Source: Trueperaceae bacterium
GTDB taxonomy: Bacteria; Deinococcota; Deinococci; Deinococcales; Trueperaceae
Direction of reading: 5' to 3'
DNA length: 64,000 nt
Assembly: GCA_965213705.1 (NCBI GenBank)
Contig: OZ243913.1
Location: 1,664,001-1,728,000, forward strand
Positions 39,681-50,105 of the stretch are shown here, in pieces. How positions within the stretch are numbered: the first letter of the stretch is position 1; every line of letters begins with the position of its first letter. Both the position numbers and the translations under genes were made by a program. Below the pieces are notes generated by a model. That model saw nothing but the letters and a program-made list of their open reading frames with translations, had not been told where the DNA came from and searched no databases.

Positions 39681-41042
39681 CTAGCGGCGGGCGGCGACGG
39701 CTGCGGCGAGGAGTGTTTCGACGGACTTGTCCGACTGGCGCTCGACGTAGTCAATCCACACGCTTTGCAGCACGTCCACGATGCTGGCGTTCGCCTCGGG
39801 CACTTCGGTGGCGGCGAGTTCTGCAAAGGTCACGCCGCGCAGGTCGGGCGCGGCGGCGGCGACCTCTTGTTGAAGTTCGGGCGGCAGCAGCGGCACGTCC
39901 ACGCCCGGCGCGTAGCCGAGCGCCGCGAGTTTGGAAACCTGGTTTGCGGGTCTCGAGAGCAGGTTCGCCAGCACCAAGGCGGCGGCGGGGTGGGGGGCAC
40001 TCTCGGGGATGGTGATAAAGCTTTTGTTCGTAATCATGCCGCTGGTCGGGAAGATGATGTTTTGCACGGTGTCGGCGTAAGACCCGTTGTCCACGCCGAC
40101 TGCCGCGCTGAAAGCGCCGAACTGGCACTGCATGTCTACCTCGCCGTTGTTGAAAAACGTTTCGTTGGCGGCCTCGGTCTCGGGGTAGATGGGGGAGCCG
40201 CGCACGCCCTCCGCGCCGCCCCCGCCGAGGAGAAAGGGCTCGAGCCCGCGCAAGTATTCAAAGCCGGGCGTGATGACTCGAGCGAAAGCCTCGACATCTA
40301 TGTCCGCCAAGTCTTGCTGAAACGGCGCGTAACCCGTGCCGTCCGGGTTGAAAGCGTACAGCACGCTCTGCACAAAGGCGTTGCCGATGTAGTTCGGCGG
40401 GCGCACGTAAGTGAAGCGGCCGGGGTTGGCTTGCAGGTAGTTCTTAAGTTCCGCGTAGTCCTTCGGCGCGTCCGCCGCGCTCAGCCGCGCGGTGTCGATG
40501 AGACAGGTGTACTCGAACTGCGCCCAGGGGACTTCTTGCAGCCCTGTCGGATAACCGTTGTCGGCCAGGTTGATAGCTGAACGCGGGTCGGAGGCATCGA
40601 AGAAAAAATACTCGGCGTTGGGCAGCTTATCGGCGAACGCGCCGAATAGCAAATCTTGCGAGGCGAGGGTGTAAAAGTTCTCGCCGTTGATCCAAATCGC
40701 GTCGACCGTACCCTCACCCGGCCCGCGCCCGACCGCGCTGTCGGCAACGACCTGGTCGACCGCGTCGCGGGTGTCGGGCACGCGTGAGGTGTTGAGCGTG
40801 ACGCCGAGCGCGGCCAGTTCGGGCTTGACCACGCCCTCAATCCAGGCGTTGAGTTCGTCGCTGCCGCCCCAGTGGAACCAGGCGACTTCGCCCTCTTCTT
40901 GGGCTTTCGCTACGACCTCGTCCCAACTCAGTTCGCCCGCCAAAAACGCTTTTTGAAAAGCCGCCGCGTCTTGGGCGGTGTCCTGTGCAACGGCGAGGGT
41001 GGCGACGAGTAAGAGAACGAGTAAAACGATTGCCTTTTTCAT
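39681..41042 (-). CDS. ABC substrate-binding protein, YnjB-like
   Basis: Signal peptide, WFHWGG, DAIWINGENF and NPGRFTYVRPP. Confidence 0.8.
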   Translation of the reverse strand: MKKAIVLLVLLLVATLAVAQDTAQDAAAFQKAFLAGELSWDEVVAKAQEEGEVAWFHWGGSDELNAWIEGVVKPELAALGVTLNTSRVPDTRDAVDQVVADSAVGRGPGEGTVDAIWINGENFYTLASQDLLFGAFADKLPNAEYFFFDASDPRSAINLADNGYPTGLQEVPWAQFEYTCLIDTARLSAADAPKDYAELKNYLQANPGRFTYVRPPNYIGNAFVQSVLYAFNPDGTGYAPFQQDLADIDVEAFARVITPGFEYLRGLEPFLLGGGGAEGVRGSPIYPETEAANETFFNNGEVDMQCQFGAFSAAVGVDNGSYADTVQNIIFPTSGMITNKSFITIPESAPHPAAALVLANLLSRPANQVSKLAALGYAPGVDVPLLPPELQQEVAAAAPDLRGVTFAELAATEVPEANASIVDVLQSVWIDYVERQSDKSVETLLAAAVAARR

Positions 41043-41054
41043 AGTTTCCTCCCT

Positions 41055-42158
41055 TTATGACGCTCGAGTTTTCTCAATAGTTTTTTCATTTTTGACGAGC
41101 CACAAGTTTTGAGCGGGCAGCGTCAGCGTGACGTAATCGCCGGGGGCGAACCGTTTTTCGCTGCTTACCGATGCGCTCAAAGCGGCCTCGCCTACGGCAA
41201 CCTCGTACAGCACGCTGTCGCCGCGGTACTTCGCCGCGCGCACGACGCCGTCGAAACTGTTGGGACCCGGCTCCAAGTCGGGCAGCGCTACCTCCACCCC
41301 TTCGGGTCGAATCGTGAGCCAGCCCGTTTCGCCCGCAAAATCGGTCTGGGCGGTGCGCAGCCAACCCAATTCCGTTTCGACGAGACCGCCGCCCTCACGC
41401 AGTTTTTTAATTTTCAAGAGGTTCCCGACGCCCATGAAACGCGCCACCGCCTCGCTGCGGGGGCGTTCGTAAACCTCTTGCGGTGTAGCGAGTTGCTCGA
41501 GTCGGCCCGCGAGCATCACGCCGACGGTGTCACTCAGCTCGAGCGCCTCGTGCTGGTCGTGGGTGACGAACACGGTGGTGATACCGAGCCGCTGCTGCAA
41601 GCCGCGAATAAAGCCGCGCAACCCTTCGCGGAGCGAAGCGTCCAGGTTGGACAGCGGTTCGTCTAAGAGCAACACCTCGGGCCGGGTGACGACGGTGCGG
41701 GCGATGGCGACGCGCTGCTGTTGCCCGCCCGAAAGCGAGTTCGGAAAGCGGCGTTCGAAGCCGGTGAGTTCGACGGTCTCGAGGGTTTCGGCCACACGCC
41801 GCCGGGTTTCAGCCTTGTCCAGCCCGCGCATCCGCAGCCCGAACGAGACGTTCCGCTCGACGTTCATGTGCGGAAACAGCGCGTAGCGCTGAAACACCAT
41901 GCCGATGTTGCGGCGCTCGGGGGGCAGGGTGGTGACATCTTTGTTCCCAAAACAGATGTGGCCCGTGTCCGGCTCGAGCAAGCCCGCGATGAGTTTGAGC
42001 GTCGTCGTCTTGCCGCAGCCCGAAGGCCCGAGCAGCGTGAGCAGGCGACCCGCCTCGACACCCAACTCGAGGGCTTCGACGGCTACCGCGTCGCCGTATC
42101 TTTTGCTGACGCCCCGCAAACTGAGGGACACTGCGTTGTGACCTGACTGTCGACTCAC
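41055..42158 (-). CDS. ABC ATP-binding protein (PotA-like, TOBE domain)
   Basis: GPSGCGKTT, LSGGQQQR, LLLDEPLSNLD and VTHDQ. Confidence 0.95.
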   Translation of the reverse strand: MSRQSGHNAVSLSLRGVSKRYGDAVAVEALELGVEAGRLLTLLGPSGCGKTTTLKLIAGLLEPDTGHICFGNKDVTTLPPERRNIGMVFQRYALFPHMNVERNVSFGLRMRGLDKAETRRRVAETLETVELTGFERRFPNSLSGGQQQRVAIARTVVTRPEVLLLDEPLSNLDASLREGLRGFIRGLQQRLGITTVFVTHDQHEALELSDTVGVMLAGRLEQLATPQEVYERPRSEAVARFMGVGNLLKIKKLREGGGLVETELGWLRTAQTDFAGETGWLTIRPEGVEVALPDLEPGPNSFDGVVRAAKYRGDSVLYEVAVGEAALSASVSSEKRFAPGDYVTLTLPAQNLWLVKNEKTIEKTRAS

Positions 42159-42288
42159 TCAGGGCAGTCTACCAAGGTGGGCGGGCGGGCAAGCTGTCAA
42201 GCTTTTGACAAGGAGGAGAAAGGAAAAAGGGAAAAGGCGAAAGTTGGGCGATTTTGACTCAACTTTCTCCTCATCCCTTTCTCCTGCT

Positions 42289-44907
42289 TTACAACCCCAC
42301 CCTCGCGCCGAGCCGGTACCAGAAGCCTTGCGCGTAGCCCACCGTCACGCCGAAACTCACCGGGGCGGCGTAGTTTAAGAGCAGGTCGGCGTTGACGCTC
42401 ACTTCGCCGCCGAGCCCGAAAGAACCGTCGAACCAGGTGCGGACTCGAGGCTCCAGCGTCAAACGCTCCAGCGCGTACAACCCGTCGCCGTAGCGAAGCT
42501 CAACGGGCACACTCACGCGGTAACCGACCGTGGCGACGCCCGCCCAGGGTTGCAAAAAGAGGGGAGCCGGCGGCGTCTGCCGATAACCGGTCCGCAGGGT
42601 GAGTTCGCCGGTTCCCGCGACGCCGAGGAAGTTCAAGGGCTGGTAAGCGCTGCCGTCGCCCCAAGCGCCGAACGACGGCCCCGTCGGTGTGGCGCTCAGC
42701 ACGCTTGTTACGCCGAAGCCGAGACCGCGCGTGCGGTAGCCCCAATCGTCGCCGCGCTGGTTGCTGAGGACGGCTGTCAAATCCGCGTCAGCTTGCCAAG
42801 CGCCATAAGAGCGCAGGTAGAGCGGCCCGCCCGTTACGCGTCCCCGTAAGGTCCAGCGGTCGAGCGGCAGGGTCAGGTCAAGGCTCGCCTCGAGCCCCGT
42901 AGCGATTTCCGTGACGGGCAACAGGTGCGGCGCGTGCGGCCACGTCCCGAGCCGCACCCCGAAGCCGAGCGGGTACGGGGGCAGCAGTCCGTTCAGCACG
43001 CTGTTGGCGCGGTAGCGGTAGCTCAGGTCGGCGTGGAAGCCGCCGAGCGGCCCGTCCAGCGCGCCCGCGTAACCGGCGGTAAAGGTGTACCCGTGCTCGC
43101 CCGAATCGTCTTGCCCCAACACGGTCGCCGCGACCGACAGGGCCGACACGTTGAGCGCGGGCGAAAGCGCCAACGGCAGCCAGCCGTAAGGAACGAGGCT
43201 GGGCCAGGGCGAGTAGCGGCGGACTTCAAAAGTTTGCTGGGATTCGTTCACTTCCGGCGGCGTTTCTTTCGTCAGGCTGAGGGCCGGAGCCGTCGGCTCG
43301 AGCCTCCCCAGCGCGAGGTCGTAGCCCTTCGCGCCCAAGCGCGTGTAAACCAGGTGGTCTCTCAAGACCGCCGCTTCGAACGCCCCGCCGAGCGTGTGGG
43401 TCTGCTGCGAGAGGTGTAACGTGGCAAGCTCGAGCCGGTACACCTCGAAAACGCCCGCCTCGCCGCGGTCGGAACTGAACAACAAGGTGTCCTCATTTTG
43501 CCAAGCCGGGTTCACCTCCTGCGCCGCGTCCTGGGTCAGAAAGGTGATTTCGTCGCCGTCCAGCAGAGCGATGTCGGCGAACCCGCCGCGCCACAAACCG
43601 AGCGCGATTTGTCCGCCGGGACTCATCGCAAGGCCGGTGAGGTGCGCGCCCGGCGGGGCTGTCCAACGCGGTGTCGTCACGCCGTCGCACCAGGACACGA
43701 GGCTCGAGCCCGTCCCGTCGTCGCGGACGTAAAGGACGCAGCCCGCCGGGTCAGGTGCCGGAAAGTGCGCCCGCGCGCCCGTGGTGAGTTGCGTTTCTTG
43801 TAAAGTCTCGAGGTCGAAGGTGAACAGCTCGAGCAACTGCGAACCCGGGTTTCGAACAGTGCGATTATAAAGAAGTGTGTGGTCGTTCAGCCATTGCAGA
43901 GTTTCGGGGCGACGGTCGCGCAGGAGAGTTCGAGGGCTCGAGAGGGTGCTGTCTTCGTCCACTTCGGCCACAGCGATGCCGGGCGGCCACGTGACCCAAG
44001 CGAGGCGGCTGCCGTCCGGGCTGATGGCCGGAGAACCCGTGTACCACCCTGTTTCGGTGAGTGTGTGTTCGTTTTCCAGCGTGTCGGCTCGAGCCTGCGC
44101 AGACGCCTCGACCCCCTCCCGCCACGCCGCCCACTCGTCCGCCAAAGACGTACCGACGGCCCGGTGCCAGGCTGAGGAGAACGTCCCTAAAAAACCGCCC
44201 GCGTTGTAGGCGCGTAAAGTGGCGAGGACGGCGTCGAACTCGTACTTGTCGACCAAAAAGTCTACAAAGCCCGCGCCCAGCAAGTAGCGCGTCAGGCCGC
44301 CGGGCCAGGCGTCGTGCGCGCCCAGGCCAGCGTCGGTGAGGGTCGGCCAAGCGTCGCTCAGGGCGAGGGTCTCGAGCACGCCCTTCGTCACGGCGTCCGT
44401 CAGTCGCCCGCCGTTCGTGTAGCGCGACTCGACCCAGACGGCGATGCCCTCCAAAAACCACGTGGGCGGGACTCGAGCCACGTTTTCACCGACGAGCCCA
44501 AACTTCGGACCCGCGGCCACGCCCCCGGGCAGCTCGGTGAACGTGAGCTGGCCTAAGTGAGTGAGTTCGTGGAGCAGTAACAACAGGAGCGGGTCGGCGG
44601 CGCAAAACCCGACCTCGCCGCCCAAGGGAAACAGCGTGCGCACCCCGAGTTGTTCTCTAGGCACGGGGTTGGCGAAGGCGTTGAACACGTCGGTGTCGGC
44701 GCGCAGGTTGATGGTGATGGGCTGCTTAGGGAGGCCGAACAGCGGCGTCAAAATTTCCAGGGCGCGTTCGGCTTTGGCCGCGACCGTTTGGGCGTAGGCG
44801 GCCTGGTCCGCGCCGTCGTACAGGACGCGCAGGTGGGGCGCGACGACCTCTTGGGTCGCCGACGCAAAACCGCTCAGGACGAGTAACACAAAAATGAGCC
44901 GGCGCAC
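42289..44907 (-). CDS. Secreted/outer-membrane protein: HExxH peptidase-like domain + TolB-like propeller + predicted beta-barrel
   Basis: Signal peptide from GTG 44907, HELTH and PTWFLEGIA, PD40-like repeats (SPAISPDG, NPAWQ..LLFSSDRG), aromatic alternating-strand C-terminus. Confidence 0.7.
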   Translation of the reverse strand: MRRLIFVLLVLSGFASATQEVVAPHLRVLYDGADQAAYAQTVAAKAERALEILTPLFGLPKQPITINLRADTDVFNAFANPVPREQLGVRTLFPLGGEVGFCAADPLLLLLLHELTHLGQLTFTELPGGVAAGPKFGLVGENVARVPPTWFLEGIAVWVESRYTNGGRLTDAVTKGVLETLALSDAWPTLTDAGLGAHDAWPGGLTRYLLGAGFVDFLVDKYEFDAVLATLRAYNAGGFLGTFSSAWHRAVGTSLADEWAAWREGVEASAQARADTLENEHTLTETGWYTGSPAISPDGSRLAWVTWPPGIAVAEVDEDSTLSSPRTLLRDRRPETLQWLNDHTLLYNRTVRNPGSQLLELFTFDLETLQETQLTTGARAHFPAPDPAGCVLYVRDDGTGSSLVSWCDGVTTPRWTAPPGAHLTGLAMSPGGQIALGLWRGGFADIALLDGDEITFLTQDAAQEVNPAWQNEDTLLFSSDRGEAGVFEVYRLELATLHLSQQTHTLGGAFEAAVLRDHLVYTRLGAKGYDLALGRLEPTAPALSLTKETPPEVNESQQTFEVRRYSPWPSLVPYGWLPLALSPALNVSALSVAATVLGQDDSGEHGYTFTAGYAGALDGPLGGFHADLSYRYRANSVLNGLLPPYPLGFGVRLGTWPHAPHLLPVTEIATGLEASLDLTLPLDRWTLRGRVTGGPLYLRSYGAWQADADLTAVLSNQRGDDWGYRTRGLGFGVTSVLSATPTGPSFGAWGDGSAYQPLNFLGVAGTGELTLRTGYRQTPPAPLFLQPWAGVATVGYRVSVPVELRYGDGLYALERLTLEPRVRTWFDGSFGLGGEVSVNADLLLNYAAPVSFGVTVGYAQGFWYRLGARVGL

Positions 44908-45006
44908 TGCGTCAGCCTCGCACATTTTTTGCACAGCCTGCGTGAAACCTGCGACTTTGCACACGACCGGACGGAAGCCCTCGAGCGGGCTTGGTATAGT
45001 AACCCC

Positions 45007-45315
45007 ATGAGCAAGACCGCCGGGGACACCCTCACCAAGACCCGCACGCAGCCGCAGACCAAAACGCCGCCCCAGTACAAGGTGCTGCTCTTAAACGACG
45101 ACTACACCACCTGGGAGTTCGTCGTCTACGTGCTGACGCGCTTTTTCGCCAAGAGCGAGGCCGAGGCCAACCGCCTGACCCTGGAGGTCCATCAAAAAGG
45201 CGTGGTGCTGGCGGGCGTGTACACGTTCGAAATCGCCGAAACCAAGGCGCAGCAGGTGGTCCGCGCCGCGCAGCAAGAAGGCCACCCGTTCCGCGCCACG
45301 GTCGAGCCGGAATAG
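45007..45315 (+). CDS. clpS: ATP-dependent Clp protease adaptor ClpS (divergent copy 1)
   Basis: PPQYKVLLLNDDYTTWEFVV, VHQKG and YTFEIAETK; start ATG 45007. Confidence 0.9.
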   Translation: MSKTAGDTLTKTRTQPQTKTPPQYKVLLLNDDYTTWEFVVYVLTRFFAKSEAEANRLTLEVHQKGVVLAGVYTFEIAETKAQQVVRAAQQEGHPFRATVEPE

Positions 45316-45388
45316 AAGGCGGGCGAGTGAGAAGTACAAGTTTTTGGTTTTACCTCCTACTCCCCCTCCCTACTCCCTTACCTGACCC

Positions 45389-45685
45389 ATGCCCACCAAA
45401 ACCCTCACCAAAACGCAAGACAAAACCAAAACGCCGCCCCGCTACAAGGTGCTGCTCCTCAACGACGACTACACGCCGATGGACTTCGTCGTGCTGGTGC
45501 TGATGCGCTACTTCAACAAATCGGAGGCCGAGGCGAACCGCACCATGCTCGCCGCGCACCAAAACGGCGTTTGTGTCGCGGGCGTGTACGTGTTCGAAGT
45601 CGCCGAAACGAAGGTCGCACAGGTCGAAAAGGCGGCCGGCGAGGCGGGCTATCCTCTAAGGTGTGCGCTCGAGCCGGAAAGCTGA
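45389..45685 (+). CDS. clpS: ATP-dependent Clp protease adaptor ClpS (canonical copy 2)
   Basis: PPRYKVLLLNDDYTPMDFVV, AHQNG, VAETK and YPLRC. Confidence 0.93.
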   Translation: MPTKTLTKTQDKTKTPPRYKVLLLNDDYTPMDFVVLVLMRYFNKSEAEANRTMLAAHQNGVCVAGVYVFEVAETKVAQVEKAAGEAGYPLRCALEPES

Positions 45686-45749
45686 CCCATTCCGACGCGG
45701 CAGGCTCGAGCCCTGACGAAGCTGAGTCCCCCTTGAAAGGCTGCACCCT

Positions 45750-48005
45750 ATGATCTCACCGACCCTTCGCCAAACCCTGCTTGCCGCGGTCGACTTAGCG
45801 CGCGAGCGCGAACACGCTTACGTGGGCCTCGAGCACCTTCTTTACGCCCTGATGGCCGACGCCGACGCCGCGCCCATCCTGCGGGCGAACGTGAACATGA
45901 ACTTGCTCGAGGAGGAACTCAACGCGCTTTTGAACGAGGTCGAAACGCTGCCCACCGAGGCCGACGCGCTCTACATGGCCGAAATGACCGCGACGCTCGC
46001 CTTTGAGCGCGTCGTCAAACGGGCCGAGTACCAGATGCAGGCGGCGGGGCGGCCCCAGGCGCACGGCGGCAACGTGCTCGCCGCACTGTTCGACGAACCC
46101 ATGTCGGCGGCGTGTTTGCTGCTCGAACGTCTCGGCCTGACGAAGCTCGGCGTAACGAGCGCGCTCGCGGGAAGTTTGCCGGTAAACACGAACGGCGGCT
46201 CGAAGCGCCAGGAGGAGCCCGCCTCGCCCAACGGCCCCGCCGGGGACGCGGTGAGCGTGGACGCGAACCCCTTGGAAGCCTACTGTCTGGACCTGACCGC
46301 CAGTGCAAAAGCCGACAAACTCGACCCCTTAATTGGCCGCAAAGCCGAACTGACCCGAACTTTACAAGTCTTGTCGCGCCGCAACAAAAACAACCCGCTC
46401 TTGGTCGGCGACCCCGGCGTCGGCAAGACGGCCATCGTCGAGGGGCTGGCGCAGCGAATGGTCGCCGGCGAGGTACCCGAAGCGCTTTTGGGTGGGAGCC
46501 TGTACGCGCTCGACATGGGCGCGCTCCTCGCCGGGACGCGCTACCGCGGCGACTTTGAGGAGCGCTTAAAAGCGGTGATGAAAGAGTTAGAAGCTCAAGA
46601 GGGCGCGATTCTCTTCATCGACGAAATTCACACCGTCGTCGGGGCGGGCGCGGTTTCGGGCGGCTCGATGGACGCTTCAAACATGCTCAAACCCGCGCTC
46701 GCCAAGGGTTTGAAGTGCATCGGCGCGACGACCTTTCAGGAGTACAAAATCATCGAGAAAGACCGCGCGCTGTACCGCAGGTTTCAGCGGGTGGACGTGC
46801 TCGAGCCCAGCCACGCGGACGCTGTAAAAATTCTTGAAGGTCTCCGCTCCCGTTTCGAGGACCACCACCATCTTTCTTACGCCGACGATTCTTTGGAAAG
46901 CGCCGTCGAACTCGCCGCCAAACACCTCTCCGACCGCCGCTTGCCGGACTCGGCCATCGACGTGCTCGACGAAGCCGGGGCCGCGCAAGCGTTGCTGCCC
47001 AAAGACGAGCGCAAAGCTCGTTTAGAAGTCGGCGACATCGAAGCGACGATTGCGCGGATGGCGCGCATCCCGCCGAAGACTGTTTCAAGCGACGACCGCG
47101 GGCGTTTGAAAAGCATTGAGGCCGACCTCGGCGCGGCGGTGTTCGGGCAGGCGGGGGCGGTGCGGGAGGTCTCGAGCGCCATCAAACTCGCCCGCAGCGG
47201 CCTCCGCGACCCGAACAAACCCATCGGCAGCTTTCTTTTTTCGGGGCCGACCGGGGTAGGCAAGACCGAGCTGTCCAAACAGCTCGCCCAGCAACTCGGC
47301 GTGCCGTTTTTGCGTTTCGACATGAGCGAGTACATGGAAAAACACACCGTCTCGAGGCTTATTGGCGCGCCGCCGGGTTACGTCGGCTTCGACCAGGGCG
47401 GACTCCTCACCGACGCGGTGTCGCAAAACCCGCACGCGGTCTTGCTGCTGGACGAAATTGAAAAGGCGCACCCCGACCTGTTCAACATCTTGCTGCAAGT
47501 CATGGACTACGGCCGACTGACCGACCACAACGGCAAACAGGTCGACTTTCGCAGCGTGATTTTGATTATGACGACGAACGCGGGCGCGGCCGAGGCGAGC
47601 CAGAACGCCATCGGTTTTTCGGGCGGCACGCGGGCCGCCGAGAGCACGGCGGCGATAGAGCGCATGTTCACGCCCGAGTTTCGCAACCGCCTCGACGCCG
47701 TCGTCGGCTTCGCGTCGCTGGAAAAAGACACGATGCTTTCAATCGTGGACAAGTTTTTGGAGGAGTTGCGGCTGCAACTCGCCGACCGCAAGGTCGACCT
47801 CAGCGTGACGAGCGCGGCCAGGGCGCTGCTGGCCGAAAAGGGCTACGACCCGCTTTACGGCGCGCGGCCCCTGGCGCGGGTCATCCAGGACGAGGTGAAG
47901 CGGCCGATGGCGGACGAACTGCTGTTCGGGCAGTTGGCGACGGGCGGTAAGGTGCGGGTCGGTGCCACGGCGGGGGCGCTGACCTTAACTTACGGCTCGA
48001 GGTAG
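45750..48005 (+). CDS. clpA: ATP-dependent Clp protease ATP-binding subunit ClpA
   Basis: Two AAA+ modules ([16 protein letters not shown]), RYRGDFEER and an IGF loop; no ClpB middle domain; follows clpS. Confidence 0.95.
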   Translation: MISPTLRQTLLAAVDLAREREHAYVGLEHLLYALMADADAAPILRANVNMNLLEEELNALLNEVETLPTEADALYMAEMTATLAFERVVKRAEYQMQAAGRPQAHGGNVLAALFDEPMSAACLLLERLGLTKLGVTSALAGSLPVNTNGGSKRQEEPASPNGPAGDAVSVDANPLEAYCLDLTASAKADKLDPLIGRKAELTRTLQVLSRRNKNNPLLVGDPGVGKTAIVEGLAQRMVAGEVPEALLGGSLYALDMGALLAGTRYRGDFEERLKAVMKELEAQEGAILFIDEIHTVVGAGAVSGGSMDASNMLKPALAKGLKCIGATTFQEYKIIEKDRALYRRFQRVDVLEPSHADAVKILEGLRSRFEDHHHLSYADDSLESAVELAAKHLSDRRLPDSAIDVLDEAGAAQALLPKDERKARLEVGDIEATIARMARIPPKTVSSDDRGRLKSIEADLGAAVFGQAGAVREVSSAIKLARSGLRDPNKPIGSFLFSGPTGVGKTELSKQLAQQLGVPFLRFDMSEYMEKHTVSRLIGAPPGYVGFDQGGLLTDAVSQNPHAVLLLDEIEKAHPDLFNILLQVMDYGRLTDHNGKQVDFRSVILIMTTNAGAAEASQNAIGFSGGTRAAESTAAIERMFTPEFRNRLDAVVGFASLEKDTMLSIVDKFLEELRLQLADRKVDLSVTSAARALLAEKGYDPLYGARPLARVIQDEVKRPMADELLFGQLATGGKVRVGATAGALTLTYGSR

Positions 48006-48086
48006 ACCGGCCACACACTTGAGCGTACTGCACAGACGTGGGGCGAGGTTACCAACCTTGCCCCCCTTGCGTTGACGTTCGTCCTG

Positions 48087-49931
48087 CTACTCGAGCGCCT
48101 TGAGAAGTCCCCCGTAAAGCGCAGCGAGTCCCGTCTCGTCCACGGGGGCGTCGGAGTTGTTTTGGGTCACGACGACGCAGTAAGTCGCGCCGTCTTCGCC
48201 GTCGAGCCAAGTCGTCAGGTTGAGAACCCCTGGTTCGGAGCCACCCTTGAAAGCGACGCGCTGCCAGTCCGCCGGGTCGGCTAAGCCGGGGTTGACGCTC
48301 ATGAGCGGAAGCGCTTGCACCTCGCCCATGAGCGCGCAGAGTTCGGCGGGTGTAAAAAACCATTCGGCTTCCAGCGCCACGGGCGTGTCTGCAAACTCGA
48401 CGCTGGATAACGGAAGGTTCGCCAACCGGGTCAAGACTTCGCGTTTGACCGTCTCGTCCCCCGCCAAGTACCGTTCCAAAAGAGCGCCGTTCCGTGGGTC
48501 TTTCAGCTTGAACAGTTCTTGTGTGGTCAAAAAAGGCCGGTTGCGCTCTGCTTTCGCCTCTACCGCTTCGCGCCCTACGATGTTGATGAGCGCGTCCGTT
48601 GCGGTGTTGTCGCTTACCGAAATCATCAGCGTCGCGAGCGTTTGTAAGGTCAGCGGCGTACCGTCGGGCCAGTCTTGCAAGATGCCGCTCGGCAAACTCT
48701 TCCACTCGGGTTTCATTTCGGCGACCTCGTCCCAAGCATGCGTGCCCGCCGCAACCTGGTCTTGCAACGCGGCGAGCACCGCGAGCTTGAAGGCCGAGCC
48801 GACCCCGAGCGGCGTGTCAGCGTTCAACGCCGCTACCTCCTCACCGTCTTTGAGAACGAGCAAGCTTGTTTGGCCGGGAAGCGCCGCTAGCTTGGCGACG
48901 GCTTCGTCCGCACCGCTGAGGTTCGGGACGACGTCACTCAACAACAAACCGGCAATGCGCCCCTGCGCGTCCAGGGCAACCTGCACGGTCGCCGTACCCC
49001 GAGCGAAGTTCACCGTGAAAGGGCTGCTGTCGCCGCTGAGCCCCTGAAAAGGTCCCAGCTGAGCTGTAAGGCTTTCCAGGTCAGCGCTGAGTTGTGAAAC
49101 GGGCACTTGCACCGCGAAATCGTCCGTAAACCAGTCGGCCTGGACGGGTTTGGCGGTGAAAAGGCGCTCGAGCGCCTCTCTAGGACTCAGTGTTGCCGTA
49201 CCGCTGGTTTCACCGGCCGCGTTTGCCGAGTCGACCGTTTCGGCTGTCTGGTCTTCTCTGGCAAGCGTAAACGGATAGGACGCCCCACCCTGGGTAAACG
49301 TTCCTTGCAACTGGTCTTCAGCCAGTGTCGCCTCGAAAGTCGGGTCGCCCGGCACCCCTTCGATGACGAAGTTGATCGTTTGCTCGGTCGCCGCCCGCAC
49401 GCTCAACAGCCCTTCAAAACTTTGTATGGGAATGGCGATGCGCCCGGCAAAAGTACCGTCTACCTCTTCAAACGTTACGCCCACTTCCAGCGCGAGCGTG
49501 TCGGGACCGATGACGCCCTGCCACGAGCCCAAAAACGCTTCAACGACGGGCGGGTCTTCCGGCACGGCCACGCGGCGCTCGAGCCGAAACGGTAAACTCT
49601 GGCCGCTTTGGGTAAAGGTTCCTGTGATGAGGTCGTCGTCTGTCAACTCGCCCTCGAAGGTCGGGTCGCCCGGCACGCCCTCGATTGTAAACGTCGCCGT
49701 GTCCGCGCTCGCCTGCACGTCCAACGCCAGACCCCGCGACCCTTGCGTGGGAATGTCGACGGTGCCCGTCAGGCCGTCCTGACCCGCCTCGAAATGGACG
49801 ATGACGCTCAAGTTCAAACTATCCGGCCCGATGACGCCCTCCCAGTCGCCTTCCCAAGCGCCTTCAAAAGCGCTTTGCGCCAAGGCCCCACCCAGGAGCA
49901 GCACAACCCCTACCCACATCCTCGTTTTCAT
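48087..49931 (-). CDS. Secreted class A beta-lactamase-like serine hydrolase with two N-terminal repeats
   Basis: SAFK (SxxK), SDN and KGG motifs; two ~100-aa repeats WxGVIGPD...GTFTQ. Confidence 0.85.
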   Translation of the reverse strand: MKTRMWVGVVLLLGGALAQSAFEGAWEGDWEGVIGPDSLNLSVIVHFEAGQDGLTGTVDIPTQGSRGLALDVQASADTATFTIEGVPGDPTFEGELTDDDLITGTFTQSGQSLPFRLERRVAVPEDPPVVEAFLGSWQGVIGPDTLALEVGVTFEEVDGTFAGRIAIPIQSFEGLLSVRAATEQTINFVIEGVPGDPTFEATLAEDQLQGTFTQGGASYPFTLAREDQTAETVDSANAAGETSGTATLSPREALERLFTAKPVQADWFTDDFAVQVPVSQLSADLESLTAQLGPFQGLSGDSSPFTVNFARGTATVQVALDAQGRIAGLLLSDVVPNLSGADEAVAKLAALPGQTSLLVLKDGEEVAALNADTPLGVGSAFKLAVLAALQDQVAAGTHAWDEVAEMKPEWKSLPSGILQDWPDGTPLTLQTLATLMISVSDNTATDALINIVGREAVEAKAERNRPFLTTQELFKLKDPRNGALLERYLAGDETVKREVLTRLANLPLSSVEFADTPVALEAEWFFTPAELCALMGEVQALPLMSVNPGLADPADWQRVAFKGGSEPGVLNLTTWLDGEDGATYCVVVTQNNSDAPVDETGLAALYGGLLKALE

Positions 49932-50105
49932 ACCGCCACCTCCGAGGCAAGTCTAGGAGACGGGGTAACGCGCGACTGTAGGGCGCGTCTTCTTACCTTT
50001 GGTCACGCTGTGCTTGCAGCCCTGCCCCCGACCCAGGGTTCGTTTCCGTGGGGGTTCTACCACTACACTCAGCCTCGGGCGGCGGTCTATACTGGGCTCG
50101 CACCT

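Noticed and set aside
37958..39826. 622-aa ORF as a fused permease
   Set aside because: The N-terminal 344 codons are an off-frame overlap of the upstream permease; the real start is GTG 38794.
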